DNA of 64,000 bases. It comes from an uncultured Phycisphaerales bacterium. GTDB lineage: Bacteria; Planctomycetota; Phycisphaerae; Tepidisphaerales; Tepidisphaeraceae. Positions 51,694 to 61,748 of the stretch are shown here, piece after piece. The first letter of the stretch is position 1; each line of letters opens with the position of its first letter. A program made the translations under genes and the position numbers. Location: positions 64,001 to 128,000 of the forward strand of contig CAWJPJ010000005.1 in NCBI GenBank assembly GCA_963844715.1, in the 5' to 3' direction. The notes beneath the pieces are model-generated. The model had not been told where the DNA came from, ran no database searches, and saw nothing but the letters and a program-made list of their open reading frames with translations.

Positions 51694-51863
51694 ATCCCTC
51701 GATCCGAACCACGATTCCTCCGCACGACGCCTGTTTTTCTCCTTATCGGGCCAAATTTTTATTCTCCCATGCCCCAAAATCCCCAACTCCGTTTCACCCA
51801 AGGTCGATAATCCATTTGGCGTCGCCGTCACATCGTCCGGCTAATGTGACCCGCCCTCATTTT

Positions 51864-53480
51864 ATGGACGTGCTCGATTCCAAAGGCCGAATCGTCGGAA
51901 CTTCCTCCGACTCCACCCAAGCCGAAAAAACCCCCGGCCTATTCGCCTGGTTGCGCGCCGTTTTCACGCGTCTAACTGCCGACCAATCCGATATCTCACC
52001 GCCCGCGCGCACCGCCCACCGCGCCGAATCCGCCGATTTCGTCATCGCTCCGGGCGGCTATCGAGTTCGCGTTCCCACCAAAAACGCCGACAACTCCGCC
52101 GAGCAGGCCATCCCTGCAATCCAAGATGCCCTCGCATCCGTTCCACCGCTCCCTCACGCCGCCCTTGCCCTCATCCGCGAAGTGCAAAAGCCCGCCAGCA
52201 GCGCCGCCAGCGTCGCCGATCTCGCCTCCACTGACCCCGCGATTTCGGCCGCTCTACTTCGCACCGTAAACAGCGCCGCCTGCGCTCTGATGCGGAAGGT
52301 CACCAGCGTAACCGACGCCGTCAGCTATCTCGGCTTCGCCACGGTCCGCTCAATCGTCGTCAAGGCCAATCTCGCCCACGCGCTCCCCGCCTCCAAAAGC
52401 GGAAGCGCCTCTGAGTCCGCCGACGCCCGCGATCTCTGGATCCACAGCCTGGCCGTCTCCTATATCGCCGACGTTCTAAGCCAGCGCATCGGCGGCGTCG
52501 ACCGCGGGTTCGCCTCGACTCTCGGCCTGCTGCATGACATCGGCAAGCTTGCCGTCATCGCGCACCTCGGTTCCAGCTCAATAGCGCCCGACTCTCCTGG
52601 CGAGCCGCTCGCCGCGCGCGAAGTCCGCGCCTGGGGCATCGATCACGCCGGCATCGGCGCCACGCTCGCTCATCATTGGGCACTCCCCGCCGATCTCGTC
52701 CAGGCCATTCGCTGGCACCATTTTCCCCAGCGCGCCTTCGAGCCGAGCGATCCGGCCCCGCTCCGAAAAGCCGCCTATGTCGTGCAGGTCGCCAACGAGT
52801 TGGCCAAATATGCCTATCCCTACGCGGACGAGATTGAACTCGACCCTGCCGCGCAATCCGCTTGTTCCGTTTTGGGATTGGATACGCCCATCGCCACTCT
52901 CATGGACGCCCCGGTCCGGGCGGCTGTTACGCACGCCATTCTATTCGGGTTCGAAGAATCTCACGGTGCGCTCCCCCACAGATTCATCCGCCTGCGCCGG
53001 CGATCTGACTCAAGCGCCTCGACCCAATCCGACGGCCACGCCCTCGGCCGCATCCGCGTCGATCAGGAACAACTCGCTTCCTTCTTCGACTCTGCCGACC
53101 CAAAGGACAAATTCTCCGCTTCCGCAACGCCCCAGGGCGTTTCCACTTTGCTCGCCTCCATGGAGCAACACCACGAATCGCTCGCCAGCCCCGTCGCCTC
53201 GCGCCCCGTAGTCCTTTTCACGGTAGGAGCCCTGCTAAGCAATCTCATCGAGTCCGGCGAACACCCGCCAAAAATCGAGATCGTCCAACGCATGCAGAAC
53301 CGCAAACTGGCCACCGCGATTCGCGCCGAAGGCTTGTCTTTTTCCGCGCGTCTTCCCAATCAAGCCGATTCAGGCCCGCGCATATTGGAAACCGAACTCA
53401 TCAGCGTGTTGAACCTGAACTGGTTTGACAGCATCACGGTCACCCCCGACGGCAAATCGATCCTCTTCATCGCCCGCTAA
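51864..53480 (+). CDS. HDOD-domain signalling protein with C-terminal degenerate HATPase-like domain
   Basis: VPPLPH...DPAISAALLRTVNSA...LWIHSLAV...GLLHDIGK...DHAGIG...WALP...IRWHH. Confidence 0.85.
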   Translation: MDVLDSKGRIVGTSSDSTQAEKTPGLFAWLRAVFTRLTADQSDISPPARTAHRAESADFVIAPGGYRVRVPTKNADNSAEQAIPAIQDALASVPPLPHAALALIREVQKPASSAASVADLASTDPAISAALLRTVNSAACALMRKVTSVTDAVSYLGFATVRSIVVKANLAHALPASKSGSASESADARDLWIHSLAVSYIADVLSQRIGGVDRGFASTLGLLHDIGKLAVIAHLGSSSIAPDSPGEPLAAREVRAWGIDHAGIGATLAHHWALPADLVQAIRWHHFPQRAFEPSDPAPLRKAAYVVQVANELAKYAYPYADEIELDPAAQSACSVLGLDTPIATLMDAPVRAAVTHAILFGFEESHGALPHRFIRLRRRSDSSASTQSDGHALGRIRVDQEQLASFFDSADPKDKFSASATPQGVSTLLASMEQHHESLASPVASRPVVLFTVGALLSNLIESGEHPPKIEIVQRMQNRKLATAIRAEGLSFSARLPNQADSGPRILETELISVLNLNWFDSITVTPDGKSILFIAR

Positions 53481-53669
53481 TTCGCATTTTGCTATTTGGG
53501 GATGACGCACCCGCGCCCGGGTTCCGCATTTCCCCCGCCCCCGGTGCGCCGGGGGAGCGATCCCTGTCCCCTTCCGCTGGTTTCGGCACGATGGGAGCGG
53601 GCGATCCGCGACGGTCGAGTGCGGTCGTAACGACGCGGCTCTGAACAGCGCGCCGCACAACTCTCAACT

Positions 53670-54929
53670 TTACGCCGCCCTCAACCCGCCGTTGTGCTTG
53701 CCCGTGCGCGTGCGATTCTGCCTCTTCGCCGCCGCCGCCGCCTTTGCCGCGGCGCGTTCCGCGGCCTTCGCCGCCGCTCGCGCCGCCGCCGCCGCGGCTT
53801 CCGCGGCTTCCGCCGCCGCGCGCTGTTCTTCCGCCGCCATCCGCATGCGCAGCGACTCGATCGACTCCTGCATCGCCATCAATTCGTCGCGTAATGCCGC
53901 GTTGGCGACCAGCTTGTTCTCGTCCCATTGCTTGCGAAGCCGGTTGAAAAACGCGGCCTGTGCCTTGATTGTCCGATCCATGCGCCGAACCTCCTGGGCT
54001 GTTAAATCCGTGGACTGAACCGGCGCAATCTTCAGCGCCGCGGGCTTGATACTGGGCGGCGCCGGCGTCTCGTGCCTCACCTCCGCCGGCGCCGCCTTGA
54101 TCGCCTCAATGACTGGTGCCTCGACCTTGGCCGGGGCTTGCCCGGGCAAGCTTGCCGAAACCGCCTGGGTGGCCGGGACCGCAGGCGGCTCGGCCGCTTT
54201 TTGTTCCGTCTTCAGTGGTTCCATCGGAACCTCTGTCCAGACCGGCGCGGCCGCCTCCTTCGTGGGCTGAGTGGCTGCCTTCGCGGGTTTGGCCACTTCT
54301 TCCTCCGGCTCCTCCGTCAAGCTCACGACCGCCTCGGTCTCTTCCGTCTTCTCATCCTTCTTTTCCTCTTCGGGCGTCGCAGCAAACAATGTCGAACCCG
54401 GCCTCGGATGCGGCGCGCTTTCCCCTGCCGACCGCGCATCTCCCTCCATCAATCGCGCCGCTTCCTCCTCCGTCAGCGCATCCTGCGGCAGGGCAGGCGG
54501 CGCGCCCTCGACGAACGTGCCGGTCGCAACGTACGCCGATTCCTCAAACCCGCCCGTTTCGCACGCCAAAACCAGGCACCAGATCGCAACGTGGTCCGAT
54601 TCGTCGTTCGCCTTGGGAATGTAAAGCCAGAATTGTTCCCCGCTCGGCAGCGGCCCGTCCACCAGCATCTCCACGCCCAGCGACGAAATCTGCCTCAGCA
54701 GCACCGGCACCTGAGGCGAGTCCGGTAACGCGGCTCGAATCGTCGCCCGAATCCCAATGCAGATCGGCGCCGTATGATCCGCCGCTTCCGTCGTCGCCCC
54801 GGGCGCTTCATGTTTGCCCGTGATTTCCGTGAGTAATTCCGGAGACAGAGAGCGCGCGGCAGGCGTCGTCGGACCGCCTCGCCCGCGCTGAAGTCCCACC
54901 ACTTTTTGTAGCAATCCGATTACTGACAT
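53670..54929 (-). CDS. Hypothetical protein: PilZ-like region, Ala/Pro/Glu linker, C-terminal coiled coil
   Basis: VLLRQISSLGVEMLVDGPLPSGEQFWL; low-complexity middle; helical end. Confidence 0.65.
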   Translation of the reverse strand: MSVIGLLQKVVGLQRGRGGPTTPAARSLSPELLTEITGKHEAPGATTEAADHTAPICIGIRATIRAALPDSPQVPVLLRQISSLGVEMLVDGPLPSGEQFWLYIPKANDESDHVAIWCLVLACETGGFEESAYVATGTFVEGAPPALPQDALTEEEAARLMEGDARSAGESAPHPRPGSTLFAATPEEEKKDEKTEETEAVVSLTEEPEEEVAKPAKAATQPTKEAAAPVWTEVPMEPLKTEQKAAEPPAVPATQAVSASLPGQAPAKVEAPVIEAIKAAPAEVRHETPAPPSIKPAALKIAPVQSTDLTAQEVRRMDRTIKAQAAFFNRLRKQWDENKLVANAALRDELMAMQESIESLRMRMAAEEQRAAAEAAEAAAAAARAAAKAAERAAAKAAAAAKRQNRTRTGKHNGGLRAA

Positions 54930-55115
54930 AACTCAGCCTTCCACACGGCCATCCCCTCACTGCGCAACCGGCCGATGCTGAGAAATCGAATACATCAAAC
55001 CCAACGTCAAACTCCCAAACCCGTCTTTTCTCACCTTGCCCCCATTTTCCCCCGGTTATGGGACTCAAATTTTGTGCGATTGTGCGCGCCCCGTCATCAC
55101 CCTAATATTTCCCCA

Positions 55116-55499
55116 ATGGAATCGACCCAAATCGATGCTTGGCTGGCCCCATTCGCCCTCGACAAGGGTATCCACGCCCACGTCGCCGCCGTGCTGGGGC
55201 GACTGCCCGAGGATGTCCGTACCGACCTGATGGGCGATCCCTCGTTCACCGTATGCGATTATGCGCCCGGTCCAAACGTGACCCTTCATGTCCCCATGCG
55301 CCTCGAGACCCCCGGTCGCCCCGGGCGATCGGTGGTCCTAAAACGTACACTTTTATCGCGCCCAACTCCGTTCGCCCATTGGGTCATCGCCCACGAACTC
55401 GCCCACGCCTATCTCCGCCACGGCTCGCGCCATCCCCAGGAAAACCCCGAACAATCCGCCGACTTTCTGGCCGCCCAATGGGGATTCCCCAAGCCGTAA
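55116..55499 (+). CDS. Small HExxH metallopeptidase-like protein
   Basis: VIAHELAHAYL...EQSADFLAAQWGF. Confidence 0.7.
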   Translation: MESTQIDAWLAPFALDKGIHAHVAAVLGRLPEDVRTDLMGDPSFTVCDYAPGPNVTLHVPMRLETPGRPGRSVVLKRTLLSRPTPFAHWVIAHELAHAYLRHGSRHPQENPEQSADFLAAQWGFPKP

Positions 55500-55510
55500 T
55501 CGGACGCCGC

Positions 55511-56437
55511 CTATTGCTTCTTCGACTTCGCAGGCGCCTTCGTCCAGTAATGCACAAAAAATACCCCCATGCGCTTCACCCAACTCCAATCCCAAGCTAA
55601 AACCCGCGCCATTGGCCAAAGCGCCGCGCCTTCCTCCAATCCCGCCCCCAGCGCAAATGCACAAAATCGTCCAGCATCTCCCCAAACAAATCCCACCCGC
55701 AAATCGTCCAACAAGTCAGATATGCACGGTGCCTCAGCTCGCGCCGCCGCCCCGGCTCGACAAATTCCAATTGCGCCTCAACCACCCGGCAAAGATTCGG
55801 CGCCCATCTCAATTTATCCCTCGACGCATTGCTCTGGTGCTCCCGGTAATACAGCGACAACCGATCATGCAGCTCAACCTTCCCCACTCGGCTCAGCCTG
55901 AACAGCAAATCCCAGTCATCCGTTGCCCAAAGTTTCTCATCCAAACCTCCGATGGCCCGCAGCGTTTCCGCGCACACCAGCGTCTGCCCCGGCGAAGTGA
56001 TCGGGCACCGCTCAAATAACTTCTCGTGTGTGATCTCGGAAACACCTGCGCCAAACGCGCGCTCTTTTCTGCCGATATATTCCACTTTCCCGCTCACCAT
56101 CACCACATCCGGATGTCCCTCCAGCCATTCCACCTGCCACTGGAGCTTGTCCGCCGGCCACAAATCATCGTCGTCCAGCATCGCGATATATTTCCCTCGC
56201 GCCATGCGCGATCCCCGCGTTCCGCGCCGAAGCCTGCCCTCCATTCTCCTTGCGAAGAAAACGAATCCGCCCCGCATCCGTCAGCGGCTTAAGAATTCCC
56301 TCCGTCCCATCCGGCGACCCGTCGTCAATCACAATGACTTCAAAATCCCGATAAGTCTGAGCAAACACCGATTCCAGCGCAGCCAGAACAAATTGGCCAT
56401 GATTGTAAGTCGGAATGACAACACTCACGGTCGGCAA
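55511..56437 (-). CDS. Family 2 glycosyltransferase, multiple frameshifts
   Basis: VSVVIPTYN...IDDGSPD...ARGKYIAMLDDDDLW...TDDWDL. Confidence 0.85.
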
Positions 56438-56507
56438 ATGGATTTAGTCTAATCGACCCCCAGTACTCACGCGATTTCTGCGACCCTCCCTCATCGAATC
56501 CCAAAAT

Positions 56508-56660
56508 CTAAAAATCCACCCCCACCCGAATCGTCCCCACCAGCGCATTGGATATCCCGGTGCCCCCGGATTCATGATGTATTGCAAATCCGAGTGCACA
56601 AACAATCCGTTCACGATCCGCAACCAATAAAACCCTTCGATCGTGACATCCTTTCCATGC
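56508..56660 (-). pseudogene. Remnant C-terminus of an OprB-like carbohydrate porin
   Basis: TIEGFY...DLQYIMNPG / NALVGTIRVGVDF with terminal Phe; no upstream gene body. Confidence 0.6.
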
Positions 56661-56740
56661 GCTGAAAACGAACCATTTGCGGCGACCCATCGCCGCAACC
56701 CCTTTTACTTTCAAGCTTTTAGCTCTACGGCTGTGTCATC

Positions 56741-56768
56741 TTAACGATGCCGCCATTCGCGCCGATAA
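56741..56768 (+). promoter_or_regulatory. Sigma28-type promoter
   Basis: TTAA-N16-GCCGATAA, 22 bp before an ATG with GGAGG RBS. Confidence 0.6.
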
Positions 56769-56790
56769 TAGATCCGGAGGGAGACCTACC

Positions 56791-57018
56791 ATGCGGTTCT
56801 TTCTTGCAATCATCGGAAGTACGCTGATCTTCGTTTCGGTTCTGATTATTTCCACGCTGCTAACGCCGATCCTTTGCGAACAGCTAACGCAAACCTTCCA
56901 CCTCGGCCCCATCTACACCAACAACGTCTCCGGCGTCCTCCTCGCCCTGGTCTGCGCCGCCGCCGCCTTCCGCGATTCCCTCATGCGCAGAAAAACGCCG
57001 CCTGACCAAGCTCAATAA
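56791..57018 (+). CDS. Small two-TM membrane protein
   Basis: MRFFLAIIGSTLIFVSVLII...VSGVLLALVCAAAAF; GGAGG RBS. Confidence 0.65.
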   Translation: MRFFLAIIGSTLIFVSVLIISTLLTPILCEQLTQTFHLGPIYTNNVSGVLLALVCAAAAFRDSLMRRKTPPDQAQ

Positions 57019-57078
57019 ACTCCTGGCCAACTAATCCCCCGCGCCCGACGCCGCCTCAGCCCCCTCGTTTTCGCTCCC

Positions 57079-57107
57079 AATCATAATCTTAATCCTAATC
57101 CTAATCC
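57079..57107. repeat. Short 6-bp periodic tract
   Basis: AATCATAATCTTAATCCTAATCCTAATCC. Confidence 0.75.
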
Positions 57108-57160
57108 GTCCCTGACCTTCAATTTGAATAACCCCACCCTTCCCCCGATGATTCCCCCCA

Positions 57161-58429
57161 ATGTGCGCCCGAACTCCCTCCGCCAGGACCGCCCGCCTCT
57201 CCCTCATTCTCCTGCTGGCGATTAATCTCTTTAATTACGTCGACCGCTACGTCCTGGCCGCAGTCGTTCCCAAAATCCGTGAAACCTTCTTCCCCGGCAA
57301 CGGCCCCAACGAACTCGGCCTCACCGGCACACTCGCCACCGCCTTCATCGTCTCCTACATGCTCGCGGCCCCGATTCTCGGGTGGCTCGCCGATCGAATG
57401 TCCCGCTGGCTCCTCGTCGGCATCAGCGTCATTATCTGGAGTCTCCTCACCGGCGGCTCAGGTCTGGCCCCAACTTTCGCCATCCTCCTCATCACAAGAC
57501 TATTCGTGGGCATAGGCGAAGCCGGCTACGGACCCGCCGCGCCCACCATCATCGCCGATCTCTACCCCGTCGAACGCCGCGGCCAGGTCCTCGCCTGGTT
57601 CTACATGGCCATCCCCGTAGGCAGCGCCCTGGGCTACGCCCTGGGCGGTCTCATCGGCGGCCACTTCGGCTGGTGCGCCGCCTTCTTCGCCGTCACCGCC
57701 CCAGGACTCCTATTAGGAATCCTCTGTTTCCTACAAAAAGACCCCCCGCGCGGACATCACCGCGAAGCCGGGGGAGCTAGCTCCCCCGGATCCCACACCG
57801 CAAAACTCGACGACTATTTCTCCCTCCTGAAAAATCCCTCCTATCTCTTCGACACCCTGGGCATGATGGCCATGACCTTCGCGGTAGGGGGGATCTCCTT
57901 CTGGATGCCAACTTACTTCCACGATTTCCGCCACGCCGGCTCCCTTGCCAACGTCAATCTCATCTTCGGCGCCATCACCGTCGTTTCAGGTTTCTCCGCC
58001 ACATTCGCCGGCGGCTGGCTCGGCGACAAACTCCGTCCACGCTTTCCCGGCTCCTACTTCACCGTCTCCGGAATCAGCATTCTCGCCTGCTGTCCCATGA
58101 TTCTCCTGATGGTTTATCTCCCCTTCCCCTGGGCCTGGGTCGCCTGCTTCGTGGCCGAATTCTGTCTCTTCTTCAACACCGGCCCCTCCAACACCATTCT
58201 CGCCAACGTCACCCACCCCAACATCCGCGCCACCGCCTTCGCCCTCAACATCTTTCTCATTCACGCCTTGGGCGATGCCCCCTCGCCCCCCTTGCTAGGC
58301 CACATCGCCGACCTCTTCGGCTGGAACGCCTCCTTCGGCCTTGTGACTGCAACAACCGCCGCCGGCGGAATCTTCTGGCTCCTCGGCGCACGCCACCTCC
58401 AGCGCGACACCGCTGCCGTCTCCGATTGA
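57161..58429 (+). CDS. MFS transporter (Spinster-like)
   Basis: INLFNYVDRY, GWLADRMSR, RLFVGIGEAGY, IADLYPVERRG, IHALGDAPSP. Confidence 0.9.
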   Translation: MCARTPSARTARLSLILLLAINLFNYVDRYVLAAVVPKIRETFFPGNGPNELGLTGTLATAFIVSYMLAAPILGWLADRMSRWLLVGISVIIWSLLTGGSGLAPTFAILLITRLFVGIGEAGYGPAAPTIIADLYPVERRGQVLAWFYMAIPVGSALGYALGGLIGGHFGWCAAFFAVTAPGLLLGILCFLQKDPPRGHHREAGGASSPGSHTAKLDDYFSLLKNPSYLFDTLGMMAMTFAVGGISFWMPTYFHDFRHAGSLANVNLIFGAITVVSGFSATFAGGWLGDKLRPRFPGSYFTVSGISILACCPMILLMVYLPFPWAWVACFVAEFCLFFNTGPSNTILANVTHPNIRATAFALNIFLIHALGDAPSPPLLGHIADLFGWNASFGLVTATTAAGGIFWLLGARHLQRDTAAVSD

Positions 58430-58454
58430 TCGCTCGACTAAATTGCCAAACGGC

Positions 58455-58564
58455 ATTAGCACAGAGCACACAGAGAGCACAGAGAGCACGGAGAAGACAA
58501 ATCAAAAAAACTGAATTTGAATTTTCTCCGTGTCCTCTGTGTGCTCTGTGGTCTCTGTGCTAAT
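58455..58564. repeat. Inverted repeat of 9-bp units (CACAGAGnn)
   Basis: ATTAGCACAGAGCACACAGAGAGCACAGAGAGCACGGAG ... CTCCGTGTCCTCTGTGTGCTCTGTGGTCTCTGTGCTAAT. Confidence 0.9.
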
Positions 58565-58601
58565 TCTTTTGAGTTCCGACGTGGGACAAACAATCAATCG
58601 A

Positions 58602-59881
58602 CTACCGAAGTAGCGAGCTAACCGGCGTAGCCGGATCGCGAACTTTTCTTCAATCCCCTCGACAGGCAATCGCCGCTTAACCAGTTCCACCAATTCCGCC
58701 CGGCTGTCGCAATGCCCAACCGCGATCGTCTGCGCCATCCGCCCATCCGCGGCCACGCCGATCTCCACAAAACTGGGCGAATCCGCCGCCGCACCGATCG
58801 ACTCCCGATTGATCCGCCGATCCACCAGCTTTCCCTCGCCCCAAACATCCGTGCGCAGACCGAGCACATGCGTATGAAAATGGCTGACCGAATCGTAGAC
58901 CGCCGAGCCGCCGGCCATGTTGATTCCCGCGATCGCGCCGGTTTCCGCCGCGCTCTCCCAGTGATTCAGCAGCCGATGCTTCCCGAAGAGCGGATCGAAT
59001 AGCGCCGCGCAATCTCCCGCCGCGAAAATCGACGGTACATTCGTCTCGCACCGCTGGTCCACCAGCACCGCCTTCTCCGCCACGATCGGCGTTCCGCGCA
59101 AAAGTTCGCGATGCGGATCCAATCCCACCGCCGCCACCGCGAAATCCGCGTCGATCGAATCCCCGCCGGCCAGTACCACGCGCTGCACGCGCCCGTCGCC
59201 TTCGAGGTGCGCCACGCGATCCGCCGCGTGCACCGTGATCCCGTGCCGCTCGAGGAATCGCGCCATCCATTTCCCCGTCGCCTCACCCGCGAAATAGCTC
59301 CATGGATAATTCCCCGCCATCACCAGCGCAACGTGCAATCCAGCTTCAGAGAGCGTCCCCGCCAGCTCCACGCCCAGCAGCCCGCCGCCGATCACAACGG
59401 ATCGTCCGCGCCCGCGATGATGGGTCCGGCCCTCGCGTTTTGCCTTATCGATCGCGTGAACGAGCCGATCCGCGTCCTCGAGAGTTCTCAAATAAAAGAG
59501 GTTCGGCAAATCCGCCCCCGGCACGCGCAGCGCCCGCGGCGAACCGCCCGTAGCTATCAGCAACTGATCGAATGAGATCTCTTCCCCGCTCCCCAGCACA
59601 ACCGCATGACGATGCGCATCCAAATATGTTGCGTACTGCCCAGTGCGCAACTGAACATTGTGTTCGACAAACCACTCGGCCGGCAAAGTGAACACCTCGC
59701 CATGTCCGCGCTGTCCAAGCAAAAATTGCCGGCTCAGCGGCGGCCGATGGTAGGGCCGGTTGATCTCCTGACCCACCAGGAGCAAATCCCCGCGCGGATC
59801 GAGCTTGCGGATTTCGACCGCGGCGTGGCTTGACGCAACGCCACCGCCCACCAATAGATATTTCACGTGTAGCCGACTCAT
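58602..59881 (-). CDS. FAD-dependent NAD(P) oxidoreductase (ferredoxin reductase-like)
   Basis: LVGGGVA, PYHRPPLS, LIATGG, VIGGGLLGVE, IFAAGD; probable frameshift near the 3' end. Confidence 0.88.
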
Positions 59882-60029
59882 AACGGCGACTCCTACTACA
59901 TAAAGACGCTTACCAAACGTCCATGTTCGCGCGTCTCTGCCGCCGCTTTGAGCGGAAAGACATCCCTAAATACTCCAGGTGCCTATAAAACGGCAATCCG
60001 TGTGCCGCACAATTTCACAATAAGAATAT

Positions 60030-60080
60030 TTGCATTCCCCTCGATCCTGAACTATCATTCCATGCGGATAGACGGATGGA
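60030..60080 (+). promoter_or_regulatory. Sigma70 promoter plus candidate operator
   Basis: TTGCAT-N17-TATCAT (60030-60058) followed by imperfect palindrome TCCATGCG-gataga-CGGATGGA (60059-60080). Confidence 0.55.
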
Positions 60081-61029
60081 TAAGCCCGCCCAAACCGAGG
60101 ATGTCGTCGAGCTGATGGGATCGCTCTCCGATCCTAAGCGCCTGCGCATCATGCACTTGCTTGAGGGGCAGGAACTGGGCGTGGTCGAACTCTGCGATGT
60201 GCTTCAATCCCCGCAGTCCACCATCAGCCGTCAATTGAAGGTTCTGGCTGATGCCGGCTGGGTGCGCAGCCGCCGCCAGGGCACCGCCCATTTATATCGC
60301 ACTATCCTCGACGAACTCGAACCGGCTGCCCGCAGCCTATGGCTGGTCGCGCGCCGTCAAACTCAGCAATCTCCCTCTGTCTTACAGGACCAGCTCCGCC
60401 TCCGCCGCCGGCTCGACGAGCGCACGCGCGACAGCCAATCCTTCTTCGCAGGCGCCGCCGCCGAGTGGGACAAATTACGCGCCGATCTTTACGGCCAAAC
60501 TTTTTCTTCCTCCGCCGCCCTCGCTCTCTTACCCAACACCGCCGTAGTGGCCGATCTAGGCTGTGGCACCGGCCAGATCGCCGGCTCCATCGCCCCCTAT
60601 GTACGGCAGGTCGTCGGGGTCGATAACTCACAAGCCATGCTTAAAGCCGCCGCCCGCCGATTAACCGGAGTAGAAAACGTGGATCTCCGCCGAGGCGACC
60701 TGACCGCGCTCCCCATCGACTCCGCCACCTGCGACGCCGCCTTGATGGTCCTGGCCCTCACTTATCTACCCGACCCCAAACAAGCCATCGCCGAAATGGC
60801 CAGAATCCTAAAACCCCAAGGCAAAGCCGTCATCGTCGATCTACTCCCCCACGATCGCGAAGACTTCCGCCGCCAACTAGGCCAGCGCCACGCAGGCTTC
60901 GCCCCCGAACAACTAAAAACCTGGCTCGCCGAATCAAACTTCGACGAGCAATCGTTTCGCCCGCTGCCAACGGAATCCGAAGCCAAAGGCCCGGCGCTAT
61001 TTCTGGCTTTCGGGATTTGTGGAAGATAA
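60076..61029 (+). CDS. ArsR HTH + SAM-methyltransferase fusion regulator (SahR-like)
   Basis: LSDPKRLRIM...QSTISRQLKVL; VADLGCGTG...GVDNSQAML; upstream of ahcY. Confidence 0.88.
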   Translation: MDKPAQTEDVVELMGSLSDPKRLRIMHLLEGQELGVVELCDVLQSPQSTISRQLKVLADAGWVRSRRQGTAHLYRTILDELEPAARSLWLVARRQTQQSPSVLQDQLRLRRRLDERTRDSQSFFAGAAAEWDKLRADLYGQTFSSSAALALLPNTAVVADLGCGTGQIAGSIAPYVRQVVGVDNSQAMLKAAARRLTGVENVDLRRGDLTALPIDSATCDAALMVLALTYLPDPKQAIAEMARILKPQGKAVIVDLLPHDREDFRRQLGQRHAGFAPEQLKTWLAESNFDEQSFRPLPTESEAKGPALFLAFGICGR

Positions 61030-61034
61030 AAGAA

Positions 61035-61172
61035 TTAGCACAGAGGGCACAGAGGGCACAGAGCACACAGAGAAGAAAGATGAGCAGTAAAAGAAAGCAA
61101 AAAATGAAGATCTCCATTACAAAAAAAGCATTTTCTCTGTGCCCTCTGTGGTCTCTGTGTCCTCTGTGCCAA
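61035..61172. repeat. 9-bp-unit inverted repeat, left flank of the GxxExxY gene
   Basis: TTAGCACAGAGGGCACAGAGGGCACAGAGCACACAGAG ... CTCTGTGCCCTCTGTGGTCTCTGTGTCCTCTGTGCCAA. Confidence 0.92.
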
Positions 61173-61214
61173 CGCTGTTTCTCCTGTATTTTGGCGTTGC
61201 CCTAGGAAAGATCT

Positions 61215-61628
61215 ATGACGCAATCGCCCGAATATATCGATGACGAGATGGAGCCAGATCCGGAATTAAACCGCATCACCAACGCCGTCATCGGCGCAGC
61301 GATCGACGTGCACAAAGCCCTCGGCCCCGGATTTTACGAGTCGGTATACGAGGAGGCCCTCACAATTGCCCTGCATAAACGCGGGCTTCGATTCTCGCGC
61401 CAGCACTCATTTTCGATAATGTTTGAAGGCCAAGTCGTCGGAACCGGTCGTGTTGATTTTGTCATCGAAGAAAAAGTGGTTGTAGAAATCAAGGCGATCG
61501 AAGCGTTCAGTCCCGTGCACACAGCCCAGGCGATCTCGTACATGCGCGCCACGCACCTGAAATTAGCGATACTGATCAACTTCAACGTGAAGCGCCTGGT
61601 CGATGGAATCAAAAGAGTCGCGCTGTAA
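61215..61628 (+). CDS. GxxExxY protein (PD-(D/E)XK-like fold)
   Basis: VHKALGPGFYESVY...RVDFVIEEKVVVEIKA...QAISYM...LINFN. Confidence 0.93.
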   Translation: MTQSPEYIDDEMEPDPELNRITNAVIGAAIDVHKALGPGFYESVYEEALTIALHKRGLRFSRQHSFSIMFEGQVVGTGRVDFVIEEKVVVEIKAIEAFSPVHTAQAISYMRATHLKLAILINFNVKRLVDGIKRVAL

Positions 61629-61636
61629 AAAAAGCA

Positions 61637-61748
61637 TTAGCACAGAGGACACAGAGAAGAAAAATGAGGAGCTAAAAAAATCCGAAGTTGATTTTAAAAA
61701 AAAAGCATTTCTCTGTGCCCTCTGTGTTCTCTGTGCCCTCTGTGCCAA
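61637..61748. repeat. 9-bp-unit inverted repeat, right flank of the GxxExxY gene
   Basis: TTAGCACAGAGGACACAGAG ... CTCTGTGCCCTCTGTGTTCTCTGTGCCCTCTGTGCCAA. Confidence 0.92.

Noticed and set aside
53481..53669. Structured RNA between convergent HDOD and PilZ-like genes
   Set aside because: GC-rich stems are present but match no family I recognise and are expected at this GC content
11885..61748. Periodic hairpins as CRISPR arrays or simple terminators
   Set aside because: No unique spacers; arms are long and periodic with 20-60-nt loops and lack a consistent U tract
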